64,000 nt of DNA. Origin: Paraphysomonas bandaiensis. Taxonomy: Eukaryota; Protista; Chrysophyceae. Position numbers and translations under genes: made by a program. This document shows positions 21,285 through 33,600 of this stretch, in pieces. Each line of letters begins with the position of its first letter. The stretch's first letter is position 1. Location of the stretch: assembly GCA_965644295.1 (NCBI GenBank), contig CBFFRP010000148.1, positions 1-64,000 on the forward strand. The letters are read 5' to 3'. The notes beneath the pieces are model-generated. The model had not been told where the DNA came from and did no database searches. It saw nothing but the letters and a program-made list of their open reading frames with translations.

Positions 21285-24200
21285 TTAATCATCGAAAAGG
21301 CCTTTTGAAGCCGCACTAGACTTTGTGGGTTTTGTGCTTCCTGCCCCTCCGAAAAGCCCATCATCATCATCACCAAATAGGCTACTCGACTTACTGGGTT
21401 TAGCGTTCGACGTATTCGATTTGGACGATCCACCACCAAACAAACCATCGTCATCGTCATCGCCGAACAAACTAGATTTTGCAGAGGACTTCACAGCTGC
21501 CTGAGTAGCCGCTGCTTTCGGCTTAGATGATCCACCACCAAATAAACCATCGTCATCGTCATCGCCGAACAAACTAGACTTCGCAGCGGTCTTCGCAGCC
21601 GCCTGAGTAGCCGCTGCTTTAGGCTTAGATGATCCACCACCAAATAAACCATCATCTTCGTCATCCCCAAATAAACTAGATGACGCCGCTTTCTTAGCTA
21701 CTGGGGCTGCCGCGGGGGGCTGGGCAGATTTAACTTCTTTCGGTTTAGATGATCCACCACCAAATAAACCGTCATCTTCGTCATCCCCAAATAAACTAGA
21801 TGACGCCGCTTTCTTAGCTACTGGGGCTGCCGCAGGGGGCTGGGCAGATTTAACTTCTTTCGGTTTAGATGATCCACCACCAAATAAACCATCATCTTCG
21901 TCATCCCCAAATAAACTAGATGACGCCGCTTTCTTAGTTACTGGAGCTGCCGCAGCGGGCTGGGCAGATTTAACTTCTTTCGGTTTAGATGATCCATCTA
22001 CAAACGAACCATCATCCCCAAATAAATTAGATGACGTTTCTTTTATGACAAGAGGGTCACTTGTGACTGTTGACTGATCCATACTCGATGAAAAACCCAC
22101 TTTACTAGTTTCTTTGGCATCCTCAAATAACTCTGAAGTCTTAGATTGATGAGCGGGTTCTGATGTTTCACGGTTCCGTTGTGATGAGCCAGATTGTGAT
22201 ATTGTAGAGGTGTGTACACTCTCCTCGATATTGCTATTATTTTCATTAGGTTCATTGGTACTTATTGTGCCGGTACTTGATTCTGAAACAGGTGCAACAA
22301 GTAGAGGGGCACTGTCCCCAGTATTGGTGAATGCCTTCTTTTTCGAAGGTGCCTTACGAGTCTTGCCAGTGCTCGACTTCTTGACAGTGGCGCGATTCAT
22401 TGTAACATTAACAATTTCTCCTGTCTCAGAAGTAGTAGATATTCTAGTCTTCGTTGCTCCTCCTTCAGATGAAGCTGTATAGCTGTCGCTTTCTTCAACT
22501 GGCGCAGGCGGTTTCTTAGCCCTAGGAGGTGGTGCCATTCCAGGCATAATAATCTTGCTAGGGTCAAGGGCCGACATACGGGATGCCAAGGCGCCAGTAA
22601 CTCTCCTACTCGTCTGTATATTCTGAGGAGAGGCAGCCTCAGCAGGTGGAGGCTGAGGGGGCTCGGAACTGGATTCAGCAGGAGAGGATAACATATCTGA
22701 CTCAGTATCCTTTGGTGTACTACCGGCTTCATCTGTCTTCGATACAACAGTAGTAGGCACAGTAGATGAAACACTTGACACAGAGCTTGATGCTGGCTTT
22801 GGCTTAGATGAGCCACCAAACAAATCACCATCACCACTCCCGTCACTTCCATCATCGCTGTCGTCATCCGCAGGGCGGGGAGGAATTACAGCTGACTTTT
22901 TCATTGCCTCTGCAGCCAGTGCAGTCGCAGACTGCTGCGCACTTTTCTTGCTAGAATCAGAAGAAGATACCGACTTTGGTTTAGATGATCCACCAAATAA
23001 ATCACCATCATCGTCATCATCCCCAAACAAGCCGGCAGCAGCAGCTTTCTTCGCTACAGGGGCAGCCGCTGGCTTCTCAACAGGCTTCGATGCAGGCTTT
23101 GGCTTAGATGATCCACCAAATAAATCACCATCATCGTCGTCATCCCCAAACAAACCGGCAGCAGCAGCTTTCTTCGCTACAGGGGCAGCCGCTGGCTTCT
23201 CAACAGGCTTCGATGCAGGCTTTGGCTTAGATGAACCACCAAATAAATCACCATCATCGTCATCATCCCCAAACAAGCCGGCAGCAGCAGCTTTTTTCGC
23301 TACAGGGGCAGCCGCTGGCTTCTCAATAGGCTTCGATGCGGGCTTTGGCTTAGATGACCCACCAAATAAATCATCATCATCGTCATCATCCCCAAACAAA
23401 CCGGCAGCAGCAGCTTTCTTCGCTACAGGGGCAGCCGCTGGCTTCTCAGCAGGCTTCGATGCAGGCTTTGGCTTAGATGACCCACCAAATAAATCATCAT
23501 CGTCGTCGTCATCCCCAAATAAACCGGCAGCAGCAGCTTTCTTCGCTACAGGGGCAGTCGATGGCTTCTCAGTAGGCTTCGATGCGGGCTTTGACTTAGA
23601 TGACCCACCAAACAAATCACCATCACCACTCCCGTCACTTCCATCATCGCTGTCGTCATCCGCAGGGCGGGGAGGAATTACAGCTGACTTTTTCATTGCC
23701 TCTGCAGCCAGTGCGGCCGCAGACTGCTGCGCACTTTTCTTGCTAGAATCAGAAGAAGATACCGACTTTGGTTTAGATGATCCACCAAATAAATCACCAT
23801 CATCGTCATCATCCCCAAACAAACCGGCAGCAGCAGCTTTCTTCGCTACAGGGGCAGCCGCTGGCTTCTCAACAGGCTTCGATGCAGGCTTTGGCTTAGA
23901 TGATCCACCAAATAAATCACCATCATCGTCGTCATCCCCAAACAAACCGGCAGCAGCAGCTTTCTTCGCTACAGGGGCAGCCGCTGGCTTCTCAACAGGC
24001 TTCGATGCAGGCTTTGGCTTAGATGATCCACCAAATAAATCACCATCATCGTCATCATCCCCAAACAAACCGGCAGCAGCAGCTTTCTTCGCTACAGGGG
24101 CAGCCGCTGGCTTCTCAATAGGCTTCGATGCGGGCTTTGGCTTAGATGAGCCACCAAATAAATCATCATCATCGTCGTCATCATCCCCAAACAAACCGGC

Positions 24201-26286
24201 AGCAGCAGCTTTCTTCGCTACAGGGGCAGCCGCTGGCTTCTCAACAGGCTTCGATGCGGGCTTTGGCTTAGATGACCCACCAAATAAATCACCATCATCG
24301 TCGTCATCCCCAAACAAACCGGCAGCAGCAGCTTTCTTCGCTACAGGGGCAGCCGCTGGCTTCTCAGCAGGTTTTGACGTCTGTTGTGAAGGTGAAGAAC
24401 CAAACAGACCACCATCATCGTCATCATCCCCAAATAAACTAGATAGGTGCTTGCTTTTCGCGGTCACACTGGGTTTTGATGTAACTGCAGGGTCAACTTT
24501 GGAGGGCTTCGAAGCAAAGGGGTCCTCATCATCGTCGTCAAATAGGCCACCGCCGCCGAAAAGGTCAGAGGTTCCGAGGTTTCGGATGCTATCTCTCTTC
24601 CCCGACGAGGCCAGGGCTGGAGCCGGTTTAGCTGACGCTGGGGCTGACTTGGCTGTAGTTTCTTCACTACCTTCCAGAGGACCAGGAGGTACAGCTAATG
24701 ACGCAGAAGCTGGCAAAGTCTCCACTTCATCGAAGAGACTGTCCTCATTACCCTCACCGAAGCCGGAGAAAGAGACGCCCCCCCTTCCCTTTCTCGCCTG
24801 TGGCATACCTCCACCGAATAGAGAGTCCACACTTGCAAACGAATCGCTGCGGGCTGATGGTTCGTCATCTGGGTCACTAGAGCCGAAAAGGTCTTGTAAA
24901 GAGTCGCGTTCTGTAGAAGCTCGACCCTACACGATATATCATACAAGTTAAACAATGCCCATGTGTGAATACCTTTTTCGAGTTGCGACGAACTGCAGGG
25001 GCAGCTCCAAAGAGACTGTACGGATCCTCCGGTGCTGCTCCGAACATATCATCATCCTCTTCATCTTCGTCTTCCTCGTCGTCACCCTCAGTCCCATGCG
25101 ACTGAGTTTGGGGTGCTGCTTTCGCTGCTAATTGAGCAGAGAGAGCATCTTTAATAGATACTGGAGGAGCGGCGGATGCCCGATCATGCTCTTCTTCTTC
25201 AAAGTAGTCATCGGACTCTTCATCACGACTAGCAGCAGCGGCGATGGCAGCGGCAGCGGGTGAAGGCCGGGGGACATAGTCATCATGTTCGCTATCATCT
25301 CCAGACCCATCTTCGCCCCATGACGAATTTACAGCTCCTCCTTCAGGATGGAAAACTTGTCCTTCGTCATGTTCATCATCACTTCGATCGGATTCAGAGC
25401 CTGCGCCCAAGACATCAGGTGCACCCTCGTCCCCATCCTCAACAAAGTGCCCTCCAAGCCCAGCGTCCGGTGAGTCCATGAAAGCTTGAGTACCAATAAT
25501 GTACGGTAACGGGCGAATATTGTATATATCCTACAAGCACATAGGGATAATATTACTGTTATGCCCAAGTCAAAGTTATATCAGTGATTCTCACCTCCAT
25601 CTTGTCCTCGTTGTCTGCTTCTTCCTCTTCATCAAGACCGAAGAAAAGGTCTAATGCTTGCATACCCAGTCGCAGCGCTTCTGTCATATTCGCCTTCGGG
25701 TCTTGAGTCTCCTATACCACTATAATGAGTGTATATAAATATAACAGACGAAACAAGTCTTCCTAGAAAAGAGATATACTACTCCACGAATATGACACCA
25801 CTATTAGCAAGCAGGGCATGCAGTTGAGAAGTACACAGCACCTGTGGTGCCTGAGTATCTGTCTCTATCTCCTCATCACTCCCATCATCATCCTCATACA
25901 CTCTCTGCATATAATCCATTACAAAATATCATATTATATATCTTAACTTACATTCTCAATAAATTGAGAATCAGCAAGCATTAAAAATTCATTAAATGTA
26001 TTGTGTAATCGCACATCAGCTTCAGCTGTCACACTCGACAAGTCATCAACACGATCAACTAGTGCCTATATATCCATATAAATGAGATGATAGGATGATA
26101 ATAAAACGGATTTACTTTTGCACGAAGAGTTATATCAGTTGAGAACTTTGATAATGCCTCACAGAGCTGTGATTGAATGATACATCAGGATATCTGTGTA
26201 TGTATGTATAGAGAGAGAGGTACCTTCTCATCAGAGCTTAATGTCCAATTAGGGATCTCTGATTTAATGCTGTTATCAAACGGCAT
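21285..26286 (-). CDS. WASHC2: WASH complex subunit 2 (FAM21), multi-exon
   Basis: N-terminal exons give PNWTLSSDEK...[27 protein letters not shown] (FAM21 head). Long tail with over 20 LF-acidic motifs (GLFGDDDDDGDLFG); ends KGLFDD. Confidence 0.92.
21430..24440 (-). repeat. coding tandem repeats within FAM21 (123-, 120- and 102-nt units; 792-nt higher-order duplication)
   Basis: TTAGATGATCCACC at 22981 and 23104 (period 123); block CAAATCACCATCACCACTCCC at 22821 and 23613 (period 792). Confidence 0.95.
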
Positions 26287-26354
26287 GTTGATGGATGTAA
26301 TAGAGTGAGTGCCGGTTAGTGGCGTGGTGTGGATGATGAAATGAGCATCTTATC

Positions 26355-27015
26355 ATGTATGTATGTATGTATGTATGTATGTATGTATGTATGTATGTAT
26401 GTATGTATGTATGTATGTATGTATGTATGTATGTATGTATGTATGTATGTATGTATGTATGTATGTATGTATGTATGTATGTATGTATGTATGTATGTAT
26501 GTATGTATGTATGTATGTATGTATGTATGTATGTATGTATGTATGTATGTATGTATGTATGTATGTATGTATGTATGTATGTATGTATGTATGTATGTAT
26601 GTATGTATGTATGTATGTATGTATGTATGTATGTATGTATGTATGTATGTATGTATGTATGTATGTATGTATGTATGTATGTATGTATGTATGTATGTGA
26701 TGTATGTATGTATGTATGTATGTATGTATGTATGTATGTATGTATGTATGTATGTATGTATGTATGTATGTATGTATGTGTGTATGTATGTATGTATGTA
26801 TGTATGTATGTATGTATGTATGTATGTATGTATGTATGTATGTATGTATGTATGTATGTATGTATGTATGTATGTATGTATGTATGTATGTATGTATGTA
26901 TGTATGTATGTATGTATGTATGTATGTATGTATGTATGTATGTATGTATGTATGTATGTATGTATGTATGTATGTATGTATGTATGTATGTATATGTATG
27001 TATGTAGATGTATGT
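26355..27015. repeat. (TATG)n microsatellite
   Basis: About 660 bp array. Confidence 0.99.
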
Positions 27016-27055
27016 AAGCTGGGTGGTATCATACATGTGTATACTTCCTACCTAT

Positions 27056-27385
27056 AGGAAGTGGATCATATACTGCTGCTGCTGCTGTGTGTATGTATAC
27101 ATGTATACGTCATATACGACTGCTGCTGCTGCTGTGTGTACAGATGTATGCGTATTGTGTGTAGTGTGGATCATATACTGCTGCTGCTGCTGTGTGTAGG
27201 ATTCCTACAGATGTATGCGTATAGCGTGTAGGGGCGTCCGTGTGTAGGCCTATAGAAGAGTGGATCATATACTGCTGCTGCTGCTGTGTGTAGGATTCCT
27301 ACAGATGTATGCGTATAGCGTGTAGGGGCGTCCGTGTGTAGGCCTATAGAAGAGTGGATCATATACTGCTGCTGCTGCTGTCTAT
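27056..27385. repeat. minisatellite, about 94-bp unit containing GTGGATCATATA(CTG)5
   Basis: GTGGATCATATACTGCTGCTGCTGCTGT recurs at about 27061, 27166, 27260 and 27354; the middle two units are identical. Confidence 0.9.
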
Positions 27386-27690
27386 ATATATGTACGTACA
27401 TACGACGTATTGCTGTACTGCATACACCCAGAGCCCAGAGCAGAGTGTATACTTCTACATACGCATATATATGTACCGTTAAGTATGGTTTTTACGTATT
27501 GTACGAGACTTCCCATATGTTACGTATGTATGGATTTCTACGTACATGACAGCAGTATATACCGTTATGTATGGATACATGCGTAAGATTTCGATAGCAT
27601 GCAATATAATTCATCGAAATTAGCCATACACACCTCCTTCTGTAGGTAATGAGACGTAGCCCGAAAAGATCCACTAGTCGAATAGACTCC

Positions 27691-29084
27691 ATGCAGTCTA
27701 TATCGTCTAAACCATCCATATCTACGTATCCCTCTCAGGTGCGCTATAGCTACCCATACACACCAGTAAACTTACATCTTCTCCACATCCATACAGCTCA
27801 ATCGATCCAGTAGCAATCACATTCAGACATTCAGTCCAGTTCGTCACGAATCCCCGACAAAGAAGGCCTATAGTTTGGGGGTAAGTGATGTGTGAGGCGT
27901 CATATGACTCATGAGCTGTTGCATGTAGTTCTCTAGATCTGGCAGCTTTTCTCTGCATGATCCAGTTGCATCTACTCAAGACTCTCAGACAGATGAAACT
28001 CTGTTTGAAGAAGCGTTCCGCAGTCATCTGGGTGCACTAAAAAGACTGCTGCTTCAGTACGAAGACAGTATCTCCGAAGGCAATGTGACACCTAATGGAT
28101 CCAGTAATCAATTTTTGCATGGGCGAGCGCAACAATTAGCTAATGAGGATATCCGGCGTACAGTAACCAAAATGTCGAGTCTACAGAGTGGTACTGGTTC
28201 CCACTCTGTTGCTGCCTTTTCATATGTGGGATCAAAGCTTCTGGACGATGTGGAAAGGCTGGTGGCGAAAGAGGTGAGTTCCCTTAACCTCAAGTGCCAG
28301 TATTTTCATGGTAATGCAGGACTGCTTTCTTGAACTCAAGTCACTTCGCAAGGAGCTGTCTGAGATGTCAGACAAGTACCAATCGCTGCAGTCACATATG
28401 GCGAATCAACAGGTTGAAAATGACCGGCGAGTTGCTGCTTTGGAGGAAGAAAATAGGGAGCTCCTCGAGCGAGTGACTGTGACCATGAGGAAGAATAATG
28501 TGCTAATGTCGGAGCTTGGTGCCAGGTATGTCTTCTGTGTTGTACGTGCATGTCATACAAGGTTGCGCCGACAATATGTATCCCATAGAAATAGCATGGA
28601 CGAGGCGGCACACGAGAAGTATGTGCAGTTGCATCTGCAGAGCGTAAATTACCATACCCGCGTGAATCAGCTTGTAGGAGCTGCAGAGGGCACTATACGA
28701 GCGCGAATGGGGTTCGTGCCCAGAGGGGTACAGGAACGGTTCAGTGCTATACGCGATCTGCCTGCGCCAGGCAACGATATTGCATACACAAAGAGGACCA
28801 GCAAGACCAAAAAGAAAGCGACCAAGAAGAATGGCGATACCACGCGGGCGAAAAACTTGCAAAAGGGGTCCGCATGGACGGCTGAGGATCCCTTGGACAA
28901 CACACATCTCTCTCTGGACGATCTGGCAGCATCTGATGGTCCACACTGTACATCTATTATGAGTTCTTTGCAGGATACTGATCCGTTATCAGACGACATA
29001 CGAGCCCCTTCGTTTGAGTATTCTAGCCCTATTAGCACTAGGGGAACCCGTTTGAGTGACGATGAAGATGTTTTGTCGTATTAA
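27691..29084 (+). CDS. hypothetical coiled-coil protein, multi-exon
   Basis: In-phase GT-AG joins: MQSISSKPSISTYPSQ-LNRSSS..YSLG-FSRSGSF..LVAKE-DCFLELKSLRKEL..; heptad-rich middle. No family recognised. Confidence 0.65.
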
Positions 29085-30686
29085 TCCCCACACTATGTTG
29101 CATATGAACGCATAGATAGAATAGAAGTGGGTCTGATTGTACTATTGCACACTAGTTTTTCAGTACAATTCTTCTTCATTCAGAAAGAAGAGCAACTGTT
29201 TTGCTCACTATTATTGTGTGTGTATTTTATGTAGATGAAATTGTTAAATAATGCTCTTCTTCAAATTATGACCAACATTTTTGTGCTTGCAACATCAGAT
29301 TATACTGTCAAAGTAAGTGACACAGTGTAGCCACTCATTACGTTGTGTGGTCTTTCACTGAGATGTCGTACCCAGCAGTGTAATTTGTGTTGTAGTGTGC
29401 TGCGCTGAATATAGAAAGCACCTTTGATTCAAAAATATGATTGGCTACCAAAGATGTTGCTTGAGCAAATAAATTAATATAATATTTTTTAGTATATTGA
29501 AGGATCATGTTAACCATGAACAAAATATATCATTGCAAGCGTCTAGAACTCTACCAAAGATCTAGCAGACTTTATCACAACCGTTGGAGGACCTGGCGCT
29601 AAACCAACTTAACTTGGGTTCATATTACCTGCGGCCATAAGTACCTACTATAAGTAATTATCAGTTACAGTTGAAGGGGTCGTATGTTGAGACAAATACA
29701 GATGATACTGCCGTTTGGTTAGTAGGATTGGATAGGAGAGTATGATTCCAACTCCCTGCACACTCATCAAGCTCATAACTCCATCGTGTAGTGTGCCATA
29801 ACACAGTCAAAGGTAGTAATAACAACACGATGAGAGTTTCATACAAGTTGAATGGCTAATCATCACTACAAACAAGCATACTCCGGTCTCTGTCCTCTTA
29901 TATATGCATATGGCTATTGCAACACTGATAGTATCATATGTTTTCTATAGATGCGTTTGTAGAGCATGTTGAGAGCACTGATAGTGACTATACACTGCAT
30001 AGTTCTACTAGTTGCTTGATTATTGCTCTGTGTGAGTGTTGTGTTGTTAGTTGCTTGCATCAACCATATACTACTATGCCTCTGACCATATGCACTGTAT
30101 GTACTGTAGATGCACACATATCTATCTATACATGTACTCTAGTACACAGTACTGCTGTGTAGTATGTCAGTACAAAAGCAAGCATCTGCATTGTTATGAC
30201 TCGTAGTACATAAGTGTATATGTACTTCTACATATGTACATATACACATTTATATAAGTACATCTATATATGTACAGCAGTACCGCTTGTAGCTGTTGAT
30301 ATATATATACACATACGAGTGAAACGTTCAGCTTCTATATACATCTACATACATACACATATATATACATACATGTATACAGTGACGGTATAGTGGTAGC
30401 TTATGTATGAGAATCCCTGTAGGTGTGTATATATATACATGAGGAGGTTATAACTTCCATTAACCATCACTCACACACCACACTCACACTATTCTTACAC
30501 ATGTGTTATAGTGAACCATTCAAAGGATTAATCTGAAGCATTAAATCCTTAAGAGGCTATCTGTTGAGTCGTATATATCCAACAGGAGCTGTGTGTGTGT
30601 CTTACTCCATACACACATAAGAAGATCCTCTGCTACAGAGATATACACTATTACACATCACTTGACTACATTCTACATCATCAGAT

Positions 30687-33600
30687 ATGTCAAACGGAGT
30701 AGGAACATCGAATACAATGGATCCAAGCTTAAGATATATATCAGTTCGGACTCAATGGGGCTGCCAGCCGATAGCTAACAGCATTGCTACTGTAGAGGAC
30801 AAAGGCATGCATTATATCTTGAATTATATTAGTAATAACATATTACTGTAGAGTTTTTAATGGCTGTGGGATGTCGTCTGTCAGTGTATGATGAAGACCA
30901 AGGTGTCTCTGGTTCACGAAGAGTTCTCTATCCTGGGCCAGAGGTGCAGTGATGTATATTATACAACTACATGTTTAAATTTTTGATAGGTTGAGTCAAT
31001 CATATCAGTTGATGTGAGTTCAGACAAAAAATATATAGCAGCCTGCGTGCGTAGGTTTAGCGAGCGTTCCAAAGCAACTGTTCTGGTGTATGATATGGAC
31101 ACACAGCGCTCCTATCCTAAACCTCCACGAGCCATTAAGCACAGTGATGGCTCATCAAATTCTGAATTCTATTTTTCTGCTGCCCGGTTTTCTCAAGACT
31201 CTAAGTATTTGGCTTGCTATAGTAGTCGTCTTCATGTAGGAGTAGTGATTTATGATTGGCGTGTGGAGAGGCACGTATCCACTATCATAGTTAAGTCATT
31301 TGTCACCGCTGTGTCGTTCAATCCATCTAACTCCACCCGGCTATGCACAAGTGGTGCTTGTGGATTATTTCAGTTCTGGCACTTTACACAGAAGTCAACA
31401 TACAGTGCACCTATAAGCGGTTTCACACGCAATGATGTGACCTACACTTGTCACGCATGGGTCGGCACTGACTGCGTGGTGACTGGCACGGATAAAGGAA
31501 CACTACATTTGGTAGTAGGCTGCGAAGCCAAGGGATCTCTGCCGGCCTTCGGCTTAGCATCTGAAAGTACCCATATACAAGCTGTTGTGACCAACATCAT
31601 TACTAAAGGTAATACGATTATCGCGTACTCCGTGGATGGGTACGTATCTGTTAGTAAGCTTGTGAAAGGAGAGGGCCGGGGTGGGAGCTATTTCATGAAG
31701 CATGAGTCTTATTTTCTATTACAAGATACAGATACCATATATGGTATGACATGGGTGGAGCGTAAGCTTGATTCAATGACATTTGCTGTGGGGACAGTGG
31801 ACAGTGTTAAGATATTTCTCCTTCCATCTCTCGGGGAAGGACAAGGAATGACTCATGGGAGAGGTAAAGTTACGAGCTCCCTTTTGAAGTATAAAGAAGA
31901 AGAAAGTACTGAAAATATGGACGATGACGACGATGATAGTGAAGCACGAGATGATGTCGTCGCAACCCCGCCAAGGAGTGCCAGAGCGTCTCTCGGCCTG
32001 CCTCCTTTACCGCGAACCCCGCTAACAGGAGGCTCTGATTATCACCAGACTCATAGACTTTATTCTGCAGAACTCACACCTGCTGTTAGAAAGACCAGGG
32101 CTAGATGGCCGTATCTAGTATACCAACGTGTACTTACTTCATTCCACTCCGGCGGCATTGTCTGCTTGTCAACATCTCCTCGGTGCAGTCTTTTCGCGAC
32201 AGCATCAGTTAAGGATGCAACTGTGAAAGTGTGGGACTACAATCGCGTCAATGATTCTCTTGTTCTCTCCGAGGACTTCTCTCAGCGACAGATTGATATG
32301 CCAAACACTATTGATATGCACCCTTCTGGATATAGTATAGTTACTGGAAACGACACACATATGGTAGAGTACGCGATTACCGATGCCAAACTAGAGGTAC
32401 TAAAGCGAGTACCAGTGAAGGTGGCGATTACAGGACCAACTGGAGAGCCCGTCATGAACACGAGCCCTGTATCTATTGTAAAATATTCACATGGTGGAAA
32501 CTTAATCGCTGTTGTGACTGGAAGATTGGCGCAGTTATTTGAAGTTTATAATTTCAATTATAACACAGAGAGGAACGGTATGTACATTTAAACTTTCTGA
32601 TACTATATTATACTTACTTGAAATGTCTCGTATAGGAACTCCTGAGCGTATGATTACTCTAACCGACCATGTTGCCAACATATCGGATATAACTTTTAGC
32701 CAGGACGATTCTCGTGTCTTCACTTGTGCTGTCGATGGAGCAGTGTATGAATGGAAGGTTGGTAGAAGCGTGACTGGGAGGGAGAATGACTACTACATGA
32801 GGAACGTTTCGGCCACACGGATATCCATCAGTCCAAGTGGACAATATATAATAGCAGCTTTTGAAAGTGAATATAGTAACGCGAGACATATGAAAGCTGG
32901 CAATCGTACCCTGTCGAGGGCGAACTCTGAAAGCGACCATGACAACTCGAGCAGGCGCCCAGGAATTCTAAACAGGGGAGAAAGTGGAAGCGCCGCTACC
33001 ACCCCTCCCCACATGATTGGGCGGGCTTTCTCGAGCTCCGGCGAGCCTGGGGCTCGGGGGGTGGAGAAACTTGGTGGTATGCATCAGAATAGGTCATTCT
33101 TAGTGATGTGGAAAGAAGGAACCATATCGTCCATGGGGGAAGAAGTGTTGGAGCTGAATATTCCAGTGACAGCCGTCAGTTTTGGACGTATGGATGGCCG
33201 GGATGGGCACGAAATGTGTGTACTCGGATTAGCAAACGGTGATATAGTGGTATCAATGCTGCCAATACCGCTCAAAGTATTTGTCCCAGTTAGTCGAAAG
33301 ATGACAGTGAATAGCGAAGTGAGGTTTCATAACATCCCCAGTTCGTCTGGAGACTACACCCCAAAACTATCAACCCCGAAGATGTCGCACATTGATAGTG
33401 GAGATGTGTACGACGGAAATGACGAAATCCCACTCATGCGCACGTCGTCATATGCCAGTGTTGACGAGGAAAAGACTATGTATACCTATGATGAGTCACT
33501 ATGTCGAGTATTTTCAGTGCACGAAGGATCAGTTACACGAACTTTGGTTTCTGCATCTGGACTTTGGATATTCAGCACAGGAGTGGATGGATGTGTGTTT

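Noticed and set aside
22948-24951. 667-aa plus-strand ORF
   Set aside because: Antisense shadow of the repetitive FAM21 exon.
27056-27385. CRISPR-like spacing of a 28-bp repeat
   Set aside because: Intervening segments are identical or related to each other, the repeat is a CTG microsatellite, there are no cas genes, and the context is eukaryotic.
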